Shown: piece by piece, positions 27,818 to 36,677 of the stretch
How the letters are laid out: each line of letters starts with the position of its first letter
Position numbering within the stretch: position 1 is the stretch's first letter
Origin: Candidatus Zipacnadia bacterium
Lineage (GTDB): Bacteria > Armatimonadota > Zipacnadia > Zipacnadales > UBA5352
Reading direction: 5' to 3'
DNA length: 64,000 nt
NCBI GenBank assembly: GCA_029820295.1
Contig: JALGVA010000005.1
Coordinates: 1,025 to 65,024, forward strand
Made by a program: the position numbers and the translations under genes
Notes under the pieces: generated by a model
Told to the model about the DNA's origin: nothing
Seen by the model: the letters and a program-made list of their open reading frames with translations, nothing else
Databases searched by the model: none

Positions 27818-29038
27818 GTGCGCTTCGACATCGTGATCCCGGCGTACAACGAGGAGCAGTCGATCGAGAGCATCGTGCGCCGGTGCCTGGCCGCACGCGC
27901 CACCATCCTCGAGCGCACGCCCGTCACCGAGGTCACGATCACGGTCGTCTCCGACGGCTCCACCGACCGCACCGCCGAGCTGGCCCGGGCCTTCGAGCCG
28001 GAGATCCGCGTGGTGGCCTACGAGCACAACCGGGGCTACGGCGCGGCCATCAAGACCGGCTTCGCCGAGGGCGATGGCGAGCTGGTTGGCTTCCTCGACG
28101 CCGACGGCACGTGCGACCCGGAGTTCTTCGCGCCGATGATCGCGGCGCTGGTCGAGCGCGATGCCAGCGTGGCGCTGGGCTCGCGCATGGGCCCGGACAG
28201 CAGGATGCCGCCCATCCGCCGCGTGGGCAACGCCATCTGGCGCACCATCATCAACTGGCTGGCGCAGACGCGCATCACCGACGCGGCCAGTGGCATGCGC
28301 GTCATGCGCCGCGACGCCCTCGAGGCGCTGGAGCCGCTGCCCGACGGCCTGCATTACACGCCCACCATGAGCTGCCGCGCAGCCCTCGACGCGCGCCTGT
28401 CGATGGTCGAGATCCCGATGTCCTACGAGGAGCGCGAGGGCCGCAGCAAGCTCAGCGTGGTGCGCGACGGCCTGCGCTTCCTGCGTACCATCATCGACGT
28501 CGGCCTGACCTACCAGCCGTTCCGCATCATCAGCGTCCCGGGGTTCGTGCTGCTGCTGCTGGCCTTCATCCTGGGGCTGCCGGTGCTGGTGGAGTACCTG
28601 CAGATGCGACAGATCGCCGAGGACGACATCTACCGTCTGCTCACCGTGATCGTGCTGTCCACCGCGGGCATCCAGATGTTCCTGGCCGGGCTGGCCGGCG
28701 AGCACGCCGTGGCCATCGTGCACCGCAAGCGGTGGGATGGAGGGCCGGCGCTGCGCCTGGCGAAGAGTGTGTTCACCGAGCCGGTGCTGGTCGCCCTCGG
28801 CGTGCTGGTCATCGTATGCGCCATCGCCCTGAACGCGGGCGGCCTGTGGACCTGGATCACCCGCGGCTACGTCAGCCAGCACTGGAGCCGCACGGCCACG
28901 GGAGCCATGCTCACGCTCTTCGGCTTCCAGTGCCTGGCGGCGGCGGTGCTCCACCGTATGCTGCGCCTGCTCGCACACATCCCGGCGGCGCGCAAGCGCC
29001 GGGAGGACGGGTGGCCCAGGGCTGACGCAGCGGTCTGA
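27818..29038 (+). CDS. GT2 polyprenyl-phosphate glycosyltransferase (Dpm1/ArnC/GtrB-like) with C-terminal TM helices
   Basis: GTG start giving MRFDIVIPAYNEEQSI, with an AAGGGAGGAG RBS 6 nt upstream. DAD motif (FLDADGT). Two C-terminal TM helices typical of GtrB/ArnC. Confidence 0.8.
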   Translation: MRFDIVIPAYNEEQSIESIVRRCLAARATILERTPVTEVTITVVSDGSTDRTAELARAFEPEIRVVAYEHNRGYGAAIKTGFAEGDGELVGFLDADGTCDPEFFAPMIAALVERDASVALGSRMGPDSRMPPIRRVGNAIWRTIINWLAQTRITDAASGMRVMRRDALEALEPLPDGLHYTPTMSCRAALDARLSMVEIPMSYEEREGRSKLSVVRDGLRFLRTIIDVGLTYQPFRIISVPGFVLLLLAFILGLPVLVEYLQMRQIAEDDIYRLLTVIVLSTAGIQMFLAGLAGEHAVAIVHRKRWDGGPALRLAKSVFTEPVLVALGVLVIVCAIALNAGGLWTWITRGYVSQHWSRTATGAMLTLFGFQCLAAAVLHRMLRLLAHIPAARKRREDGWPRADAAV

Positions 29039-29154
29039 GCCCGCACGCGGCTCACGCGCCGGATTCGTACTTCGTCCACACGCTCACCTGACCGGAAGGA
29101 GCGCGCACGGCCATCGCAAGGCTGAACCTGGGCACCGCCAACCTGCTCCACGCC

Positions 29155-30612
29155 GTGCTGCTGCCCCTGGGCATCATCGGCGCCGTAGTGCTCGTGGTGC
29201 TCGGCCAGGTGGGCGGCTTCGACATGGCGGTCTTCGTGGGCCTGGCCACGGCGCTCACCGCGGCCGCGCTCGCGTCGCTGGAGTTCGGCGTCCTGGCTCT
29301 GATCGTCGCGGCCAGCCTTGACGGCTTCCTCAAGGGCCTCAGCCCCGGCTGGCATACCCAGCTCTTCAAGGACTACCTGCTGGCCATCTGCCTGCTGCGC
29401 TGGGGCTGGCTGAGCGTGCTGGGTCACCGGCGGCGCTCCGTGCGCCACCCGCTGAGCCTTCCCATCATCATCTTTGCCGGATGGTGCGCCGTCCAGCTCC
29501 TCAACGAGCGCAATCCCAACGTGCTCATGTCGCTGACGAACCTGCGCTCGTGGATCATCTGGCTGCCGGTCTTCTTCCTCGCCTACGACTACATCCGTAC
29601 CCGCCAGCAGGTCGAGCGCTTCGTCGTCACCATCTTCGCGATCATGGCGCCGCTCGCGCTCTACGGTATCGTGCAGTACCAGATCGGGCTCGATCACCTG
29701 TTCCGGCTCGGGCCGGGCTTCGACGTCTACCGACAGGCGCAGTACGCCACCGAGACCTACGAGATCGAGCTGCGGCCCCCATCCACCATGATCTCGCCTC
29801 ACAGCTTCGCCGACGCCTGTGTCATGGCGCTGTGCCTGGGGATCGGCGCCATCGGCTACCTCAGCCGGCGCCGGGTGACCCAGTCGCTGGTCACCGTGGC
29901 CATGCCGGTGCTGGTGGTGGCCGTGCTGATCACTGCAGTGCGCAACGCCTACGCCTCGGCGGCCGCGGGGATGCTGGTGCTGCTGGGACTCATCCGCCGC
30001 CCCGACCTGATCGTGCTGGCCACACTTATCGGTGGCCTGGCGCTCTTCGAGGTCGATCAACTCACCGGTGGTCACGCCATGGAGCGCCTGAACACCATCG
30101 TCACTGACCCCGACTACACCCGCCACCGGATCATCACTCCGTGGAAGACCGCGCTGGGCTGGGTAACCCGGCACCCTCTGGGCAGCGGCTTCACCAGCGG
30201 CGTGGGGCGCGGCCGGCTGCTGTGGAGCATCGATCCCCGGCGCATGCGTCCTGAGGAGCGCACGCCCTGGGCGGAGAACGAGTACGCGCGCTCTCTCATC
30301 GAGCTGGGCGTTCCGGGCTTCCTGCTGTTCGGATGGATGCTCGTGAGCGTCGTCCGCTTCGTCTTCCGGGCCTACCGACAGGCCACACAGTCACGGGACC
30401 GCTGGCTGATCGTCGGCATCTTCGCCGCGGTCGTCGGCATGTTGGTGCGACTGCTCGTGGGTTCGGCGCTGTATGGCTGGCCGGAGGCGATCATGTTCTG
30501 GTGCTACGTGGCAGTGGCCTTGCGGCTCCCCGAGATCGAGGTTGAGGAGTTGACGGGCACGGCGGCGCCCATCGTCACCGTCAAGGAGCGTCCGGCCGCC
30601 GTGCAGCGGTGA
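29155..30612 (+). CDS. O-antigen ligase family (Wzy_C / WaaL-like) polytopic membrane protein. Start uncertain (possibly upstream, after a GGAAGGAG RBS at 29094).
   Basis: At least 10 TM helices with a large periplasmic loop containing the Wzy_C-like region. The track start is GTG. Confidence 0.65.
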   Translation: MLLPLGIIGAVVLVVLGQVGGFDMAVFVGLATALTAAALASLEFGVLALIVAASLDGFLKGLSPGWHTQLFKDYLLAICLLRWGWLSVLGHRRRSVRHPLSLPIIIFAGWCAVQLLNERNPNVLMSLTNLRSWIIWLPVFFLAYDYIRTRQQVERFVVTIFAIMAPLALYGIVQYQIGLDHLFRLGPGFDVYRQAQYATETYEIELRPPSTMISPHSFADACVMALCLGIGAIGYLSRRRVTQSLVTVAMPVLVVAVLITAVRNAYASAAAGMLVLLGLIRRPDLIVLATLIGGLALFEVDQLTGGHAMERLNTIVTDPDYTRHRIITPWKTALGWVTRHPLGSGFTSGVGRGRLLWSIDPRRMRPEERTPWAENEYARSLIELGVPGFLLFGWMLVSVVRFVFRAYRQATQSRDRWLIVGIFAAVVGMLVRLLVGSALYGWPEAIMFWCYVAVALRLPEIEVEELTGTAAPIVTVKERPAAVQR

Positions 30613-30636
30613 CCGTCCCCGCTGCGCCCACAGACC

Positions 30637-31833
30637 ATGACCGACACTGACTCCGCAACTCGGTCGCCCACGCGCCGGCTGCGCATTGCGCTGGTGATCG
30701 AGGACGTCTCGCTCGGCGGCGGTCAGGAGCGCGTCCTGGCCGAGCTGGCCCCCCGCCTCGCCCGGCGCCACGAGGTCCATCTGTTCTGTCACACCGTGCG
30801 CGACATCGACCTGCGGGGCATCACCGTCCGGCGCCTGCGGGCCCTGCCCGCGCCTCAGGGCCCGCGCGCCCTGTGGTTCACGCTGCTCTCCTCGCTGGCG
30901 CTGCGCCCCCGCGAGTTCGACGTGGTGCTCTCCCAGGGCGGCAACACCCTGGTGCAGAACTTCGTGCTCGCGCACACGGTCCATCGGGACCGCCGCCGCG
31001 TGCGGGTCGAGGCCGAGCGTCGCTACCACCTCAGCCCCGCCTGGCGGCGCGCCTGGGAGCGCGTGCGTGACGCGCTCTTCGCGGCCCTCGAGCGCCGCGC
31101 GGTACTGCGTTGCCGCGGCCGTGTGATCGCGGTCTCGCGCAGCGTGCGCGAGTACTTCGTGCGCGAGTACGGTCTGCGTCCGGACGAGGTGCACGTCGCC
31201 CGCAGCGGCGTGGACCACGAGGTGTTCTCGCCGGACACGCGTGCCGAGGCCCGGCCGCGCATCCGCCGCGAGCTGGGCCTGTCGGACGCGCAGTTCGTGG
31301 CCCTGTTCATGGGCGGCCTGTGGTTCGAGAAGGGCCTGCCCGACGTCATCGCCGCGCTGGGCCTGACGGCTGAGCCCGCGCACCTGGTGGTGGTGGGGCG
31401 GGGCGACCGCGACGTCTTCGCGCGGATGGCCGCGGAGCACGGCGTGATCGAGCGCGTGCGCTTCGTGCCCCACGTGAACCGCCCGCAGGATTACTTCGCC
31501 ATGGCCGACTGCCTGGTGCACCCCTACCCCATCGAGCCCTTCGGGCTGGTGGTGCTGGAGGCCGCCGCATGCGGGCTGCCACTGCTGGCCGCCCGGACGG
31601 GCGCCGCGCTCGACCTGATCGAGGACGGCGTAAGCGGGATGTTCGTCGAGCCGACGCCATCCGACATCGCCGCCGGCCTCGATCGCCTCGCGGGGCCCGG
31701 CGACGCGCTCGAAGAGATGCGGCGCGCGGTGCACGCGCGCTCGCTCGACTTCACCTGGGAGCGCCAGGCCGAGCAGATCGAGGATATCTTCCTGCGCTTT
31801 GCGCCGGGCGGAGAGGGGGCGGAGGCCGGATGA
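30637..31833 (+). CDS. Glycosyltransferase family 4 (GT-B)
   Basis: GT4 C-terminal EX7E-like region (PYPIEPFGLVVLEAAACGLPLLAARTGA). Confidence 0.8.
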   Translation: MTDTDSATRSPTRRLRIALVIEDVSLGGGQERVLAELAPRLARRHEVHLFCHTVRDIDLRGITVRRLRALPAPQGPRALWFTLLSSLALRPREFDVVLSQGGNTLVQNFVLAHTVHRDRRRVRVEAERRYHLSPAWRRAWERVRDALFAALERRAVLRCRGRVIAVSRSVREYFVREYGLRPDEVHVARSGVDHEVFSPDTRAEARPRIRRELGLSDAQFVALFMGGLWFEKGLPDVIAALGLTAEPAHLVVVGRGDRDVFARMAAEHGVIERVRFVPHVNRPQDYFAMADCLVHPYPIEPFGLVVLEAAACGLPLLAARTGAALDLIEDGVSGMFVEPTPSDIAAGLDRLAGPGDALEEMRRAVHARSLDFTWERQAEQIEDIFLRFAPGGEGAEAG

Positions 31834-32957
31834 GGCTCGCGGTGATCAGCCATGCCTGCGTGGTCGATGTCAACCAGCGGCTCTTCGATGAGCTGTGCCG
31901 CCACCAGGACGTCGAACTCCTGCTCATCGCTCCCCGCCGCTGGCGCGCGTCCACGGGCATGATCGTGGACTTCGCACCGGTGGCGGGCGCGCGCTTCATG
32001 CCGCACCCTCTCCCGGTGATCGGCTCCGGGCAGATCAGCCTGCACCTCTACCGCGGCCTGGCGCCGGTGCTGCGCGACTTCGCCCCGGACATCGTCTACC
32101 TCGGTGAGGAGCCGTACAGCCTGCCCGCGTGGCAGGTGCTGCGCATCTGCCGGCGCCACAGCCTGCCGCTGTGCTTCGCCAGCACGCAGAACCTGGCCAA
32201 GCGCTTCCCATGGCCGTTCTCGACGGTCGAGCGCGCGGTGCTCGACTACGCTGCGCTGGCGCTGGCGTCAACGCCGGAGGTCGCGGAGGTGCTGCGCGGC
32301 AAGCGGTGCGCGGGACAGGTCGAGGTCATCCCCTACTTCGTGGACACCGACCTCTTTCGCCCCGCCGACCGCAGCGAATTGAGGCGCGAGCTGGGCCTGC
32401 AGGGGGCCGTGCTCGGCTACATGGGCCGGCTGACCGAGGAGAAGGGCGTCGAGGACCTGGCGGCGGCCGCGGATGCCCTGTGGCGGCGCGGCCTCGATGT
32501 GAGCGTGCTGGTGGTCGGGGGCGGGCCGCTGTCCGAGCGCCTGCACGAGTGGGCGCACGCCGGCCCGCCGGGGCGCGCGGTGCTGGCCGGCCCGGTGCCG
32601 CACAGCGCCGCCGCGGACTACCTGAACGTCATGGACGTGCTGGTGGTGCCCTCGCGCACCATGCCCAACTGGGCCGAGCAGTTCGGCCGCGTACTCATCG
32701 AGGCCCCGGCCTGCGGGGTGCCGGTGGCCGGCTCGGCCTCCGGACACATCCCGGCGCTGATCGAGGAACTGGGCTCGGGCGTGGTGTTCGCGGAGCGGGA
32801 TCCGGACGCGCTCGCCGATGCCGTGCAGGGGCTGATCGAGGCCCCGGAGCGCGCGGCACAGTTCGCTCGCAGCGGGCGCGCCCGCGTGCAGGCGCGCTAC
32901 GGGCTCCCCGCCGTGGCCGACCGGCTCTACGAGGTGCTGTCGGCGGCGGCCGGCTGA
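31830..32957 (+). CDS. Glycosyltransferase family 4 (GT-B)
   Basis: ATGA overlap with the upstream GT4. PSRTMPNWAEQFGRVLIEAPACGVPVAGSASG matches the GT4 motif. Internal ATG within the 462-aa track ORF. Confidence 0.8.
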   Translation: MRLAVISHACVVDVNQRLFDELCRHQDVELLLIAPRRWRASTGMIVDFAPVAGARFMPHPLPVIGSGQISLHLYRGLAPVLRDFAPDIVYLGEEPYSLPAWQVLRICRRHSLPLCFASTQNLAKRFPWPFSTVERAVLDYAALALASTPEVAEVLRGKRCAGQVEVIPYFVDTDLFRPADRSELRRELGLQGAVLGYMGRLTEEKGVEDLAAAADALWRRGLDVSVLVVGGGPLSERLHEWAHAGPPGRAVLAGPVPHSAAADYLNVMDVLVVPSRTMPNWAEQFGRVLIEAPACGVPVAGSASGHIPALIEELGSGVVFAERDPDALADAVQGLIEAPERAAQFARSGRARVQARYGLPAVADRLYEVLSAAAG

Positions 32958-33808
32958 GAGCGCAGGCGGGCCAACCCACGCCGGGCGGCCCTCACCAGCG
33001 CCGGGTGCACCAGGAAGAGCACGAACGCCGCCGCCAGCGCCCCCACCGGCCACCACTCGCGCCGGGCGTGCTCGCCGATCACCCGCCAGCGCTCCGGCGC
33101 GCGCCCCCCGGCCATGCGTACCCGCTCCACGGCGGCCAGCCGGTCACGCAGGCTCTGCGCGTGCTCCAGCGCCGCGCCCGCGCTTGCCAGCGCCCCGGCG
33201 CGATCGCCCCGTCGCCAGGCGACCTCCGCCAGCAGCAGATGGGGCGCGACCCAATCGGGTCGCAGCTCCGCGGCACGCGCCAGGTAGGATTGCGCCGCCT
33301 CCATGTCGCCCGCCTGCAGGAAGCTCTCCCCCGCCAGCGCGTGCGCGCACGCCGAGCCGCTCTCATGCACCAGCTCCAGTAGCGCCACCCGCCGCTCATC
33401 GGCCAGCAGCGCGCGCGTGCGCACATCCACCAGCAGGCAGCGCAGGTCCGCGCGCTCGGGGGCGGCCTGCAACGCCGCGGTCAGCAGCTCCTCGGCCAGC
33501 GCCGCGTTGCCGTCGGCGTGGGCCAGCAGCCCGGCATCACGCAGCTCGTTGGCCAGGTCGAAGCGCTTCCGCTGCAGCGCGGCCGCGGCGGCCCCCTCGT
33601 CACGCAGGCTGCGCACGCGCGCCCGAGTCAGCTCCGCCGCTTCCATGTGCGCGGTCATCGCGAGCGCCTCGAAGCGTATCACCGCCGCCGCCCGCCCCAC
33701 GCCGCTGAGGATCGCCGCAGGCTCAAACTGCACGCTCCATGCGAAGGCGAGCAGCCAGATCAGGCCGCAGCCTGTCAGCCCCAGCGCCGCATGCCATGGC
33801 CTGACCAT
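32927..33808 (-). CDS. Membrane-anchored tetratricopeptide-repeat protein
   Basis: N-terminal TM segment (LTGCGLIWLLAFAW) followed by Ala/Leu/Arg-rich TPR-like helical repeats. Start at internal M22. Confidence 0.55.
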   Translation of the reverse strand: MVRPWHAALGLTGCGLIWLLAFAWSVQFEPAAILSGVGRAAAVIRFEALAMTAHMEAAELTRARVRSLRDEGAAAAALQRKRFDLANELRDAGLLAHADGNAALAEELLTAALQAAPERADLRCLLVDVRTRALLADERRVALLELVHESGSACAHALAGESFLQAGDMEAAQSYLARAAELRPDWVAPHLLLAEVAWRRGDRAGALASAGAALEHAQSLRDRLAAVERVRMAGGRAPERWRVIGEHARREWWPVGALAAAFVLFLVHPALVRAARRGLARLRSQPAAADSTS

Positions 33809-33966
33809 GCGATCACGCCGCCCCGGCGTCCCTGTCGAGATTCCGCACGATGGCACAGTGTGTCGCCGCATTCATGCGCCGGTTGCATCTTCGTTGCCCT
33901 CAAGGCGCATGTTCCCCGGCTGCGGGCCGAAGGATGTACGCGGACGGAGAGAGCTGAGGTGAGTCC

Positions 33967-34320
33967 ATGCAGGACACGCACGAGTGCCCCATGCTCGCGC
34001 GAGCGACACGCCGCTCGCTTCCCCTGGCGGCGGCCATGCTGGCCGCACTTTCGCTGGCCGACCTGGTGACCTCGGCGCTGCTGTTCGCCGGCGGCTACGC
34101 GGTCGAGGCCAACCCGCTGCTGCGCGCGGCCATCCCGGCCATCGGCCTGGGCGGCGTGCTCGTGCTCAAGGCGGGTATCACGATGCTCTTCCTGGCGATC
34201 GTACTCGCCCTGGGCTGCGACACCTCGCGCGTGTTCGCGCGCATGGCCTGGGTGACCTGCGCCGTCTACGCCCTGGTGTGGCTGGCCGGCGCGTTCGGCC
34301 TGCTGGTCGGGCTCAACTGA
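33967..34320 (+). CDS. Small hypothetical membrane protein (3-4 TM)
   Basis: The 117-aa ORF has hydrophobic helices and codon usage typical of the window. No recognisable family. Confidence 0.35.
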   Translation: MQDTHECPMLARATRRSLPLAAAMLAALSLADLVTSALLFAGGYAVEANPLLRAAIPAIGLGGVLVLKAGITMLFLAIVLALGCDTSRVFARMAWVTCAVYALVWLAGAFGLLVGLN

Positions 34321-34342
34321 GCACGGCCGGCGCGGGTCGGTC

Positions 34343-35239
34343 TCAGCGCGCGACAGCCGCGACGATCTCGCCCATCGCGTCCTCCCAACCCTGCGCCATG
34401 ATGTGCAGGCCCTGGCAGCACGGCGCGACCGCGGCCGCGATCTGCCCCGCCAGCTCGAGGGCGACGGCGCGCAGGTCTCCCGGATCAGCCTCGTTCAGAC
34501 GCTGGATGAGCCACGGCGGCACGTTCACCCCCGGGATGCGCGCATTCATGAAGCGCGCCATCCGGGGGGACTTGACCGGGATCAGGCCCGCCAGCACCGG
34601 CACCCCAAGCGCGCCGGCCCGCGCCATGAAGCGCTCAAACCGCGGCGGGTCGAACACCGCCTGAGTCTGGATGAACTCAGCGCCGGCGTCGATCTTCTTG
34701 CGCAGCTTGAGAATCTGAAGCTCCACGTTGTCGGCCTCGGGCGCCACCACCGCGCCCAGGCACAGGTTGGTAGCCGCCGCCAGCGGCGCACCCGTCATGT
34801 CACGGCCCTCGTTGAGTCCGCGCGCCACGTGCAGAAGCTGCACGGAGTCGAGCTCGAAAACCGATCTGGCGTCGGGATGATCGCCCAGCACCATATGGTC
34901 GCCGGTCACGATGAGCACGTTGCGCACGCCGAGCGCATGCGCGGCCAGCAGATCGGCCTGTAGCGCGATGCGGTTGCGGTCACGACAGGTGACCTGCCAG
35001 ACCGGCTCGATGCCCTGTTCCTTCATCAGACGCGCCATCGCCAGCGGGCTCATGCGCAACATCGCGCCCTGACCGTCGGTCACATTGACCGCGTCGGCGA
35101 CCCGCGCGACCATGCGCGCCGCGGCCAGCGCCTTGGATGGGTCCGCGCCCCTGGGTGGCGCCACCTCGCCGGTGACTGCGAAGCCGTGTTGCGCCACCAC
35201 TTCGGTCAGCTTTGCGCCCGTCCGCCACCGATTATTCAT
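34343..35239 (-). CDS. metF: Methylenetetrahydrofolate reductase, MetF (MetV-associated type)
   Basis: MTHFR TIM-barrel motifs (NVTDGQGA, LIVTGDH, FIQTQAVFD). 298 aa. Confidence 0.85.
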   Translation of the reverse strand: MNNRWRTGAKLTEVVAQHGFAVTGEVAPPRGADPSKALAAARMVARVADAVNVTDGQGAMLRMSPLAMARLMKEQGIEPVWQVTCRDRNRIALQADLLAAHALGVRNVLIVTGDHMVLGDHPDARSVFELDSVQLLHVARGLNEGRDMTGAPLAAATNLCLGAVVAPEADNVELQILKLRKKIDAGAEFIQTQAVFDPPRFERFMARAGALGVPVLAGLIPVKSPRMARFMNARIPGVNVPPWLIQRLNEADPGDLRAVALELAGQIAAAVAPCCQGLHIMAQGWEDAMGEIVAAVAR

Positions 35240-35867
35240 CGGAGGTGACCCGGAAGCTCATTGGTTGGCGATAGCGCTCCAGGAGCTTCAGGTTCCCGTC
35301 GGCCTTGAGCCGCCGGTAGATCAGCTCCCAGACGCAAGGACGGTCGGGGAAGACTTCACAGCGGCCCGATTGGGCACCGCCGCAGGGGCCGTTCATGAGC
35401 TGCTTGGGGCAGAAGCTGTGCGGGCACAGGCCGCCGGCGGCCCGCGCGATGCAGTCATCGCACAGATCGCACTCCTCGACGGTCATGGCGCCGCCCCCGG
35501 TGGTCGTGCCGGTAATCGTCTGCACTCCGGACACCAGTGGCAGGTCCGTCACCTGCGCCACCGCCGGTTCGGCCTGGGGACATGCCAGCAGCACGATCAC
35601 CCCGGCGCGTTCGAGGGCGTCGGCGTGGTCGCTCAGCACCCTTCGGGCCACCTGCACATCGCACGTGGCAGCTCCGGGCTCCGGCGCCGCCCAGTCCGCC
35701 ACCTCAACACCCTCTGCGGCCAGTTGCTCGGCCAGCTCGCGGCACTGCTTGGCTCCGCCGAACCGCTCGCGCGTGGCGCATCCGCCGCAGCCGAGCACGA
35801 AGACCGGCGCACCGGCGGGCAGGCGACTGATGATTACCTCCAGAGGGGTCGGCACGACCCGGCGCAT
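35232..35867 (-). CDS. metV: MTHFR C-terminal-like zinc-ribbon/Cys-rich subunit MetV
   Basis: Cys clusters (VLGCGGCAT..., CDLCDDCIARAAGGLCPHSFCPKQLMNGPCGGAQSGRCE) typical of the MetV/MTHFR_C small subunit of acetogen-type MetVF. Overlaps metF by 8 nt. Confidence 0.7.
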   Translation of the reverse strand: MRRVVPTPLEVIISRLPAGAPVFVLGCGGCATRERFGGAKQCRELAEQLAAEGVEVADWAAPEPGAATCDVQVARRVLSDHADALERAGVIVLLACPQAEPAVAQVTDLPLVSGVQTITGTTTGGGAMTVEECDLCDDCIARAAGGLCPHSFCPKQLMNGPCGGAQSGRCEVFPDRPCVWELIYRRLKADGNLKLLERYRQPMSFRVTSDE

Positions 35868-35879
35868 GTCACTGCCCTC

Positions 35880-36677
35880 CTACAGCGTCCCGCTGCGGTA
35901 TGCCTGCAGGTAGCCGGCGCACCACGCATCGCGACCCGCCAGCGCCTCGGCGGCGTGCAGCGTCGCGCGCAGCGGCCGGTCGGTGGGGTCGAGGATGGCG
36001 CTGTCGAGCCCGGCGGCCACCGCCTGCGCGAGGAAGACGCGGTTGAGCAGCGCCCGCTCCGGCAGCCCGAAAGAGACGTTGCTGATCCCGCAGATCAGAT
36101 GACACTCCGGGCGCGCCGAGGCGATGGCCCGCATCGCCTCGCACGCGGCCCGGGCCCCGGCCCCATCGACGCTCAGCGGCGTCACTACCGGGTCCACGAA
36201 GATGTCGACCGCGGGGAGGCCACGATCCGTCAGCTCGCCGATCAGCCGCAGCGAGGCCTGCGCCCGCCCGTGCCCGGTCTCAGGCACCCCCGCATCGGTC
36301 ATCGCCAGCGCGACGATCCGCACTCGCCTCCCGCCCAGCACCGCCAGCGTCTCCTCCAGCCGGGCGCCCTCGAGAGTGACCGAGTTCACCAGCGGCGGCG
36401 CGTCCCCCCGGTACTCGCTCAGCCCCGCGGCCATCGCCGCCGGGCTGGGCGTGTCGATGCACACCGGCGCATCCACCGCCTGCCCCACGGTGCGCACCAG
36501 CCACCCCATCAACTCCACCTCACGCGCACCGACCGCCCCGACGTTGCAGTCGAGGTAATCGGCCCCGGCCTCCACCTGCCGCCTGGCGAGGTCGGCGATG
36601 GCGTCGGCATCGCGCCGCTCCAGCGCCGCTCGCACCGGTGCCCGCGTGCCGTTGATCAGTTCGCCGACGATGATCAT
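35880..36677 (-). CDS. Pterin-binding methyltetrahydrofolate methyltransferase (AcsE/MeTr/MtrH-like)
   Basis: Internal ATG giving MIIVGELINGTRAPV... (compare AcsE MLIIGERING...). DHPS-like TIM barrel, 265 aa. GAGGGAGA RBS. The upstream 125 codons of the track ORF were rejected as low-complexity. Confidence 0.75.
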   Translation of the reverse strand: MIIVGELINGTRAPVRAALERRDADAIADLARRQVEAGADYLDCNVGAVGAREVELMGWLVRTVGQAVDAPVCIDTPSPAAMAAGLSEYRGDAPPLVNSVTLEGARLEETLAVLGGRRVRIVALAMTDAGVPETGHGRAQASLRLIGELTDRGLPAVDIFVDPVVTPLSVDGAGARAACEAMRAIASARPECHLICGISNVSFGLPERALLNRVFLAQAVAAGLDSAILDPTDRPLRATLHAAEALAGRDAWCAGYLQAYRSGTL

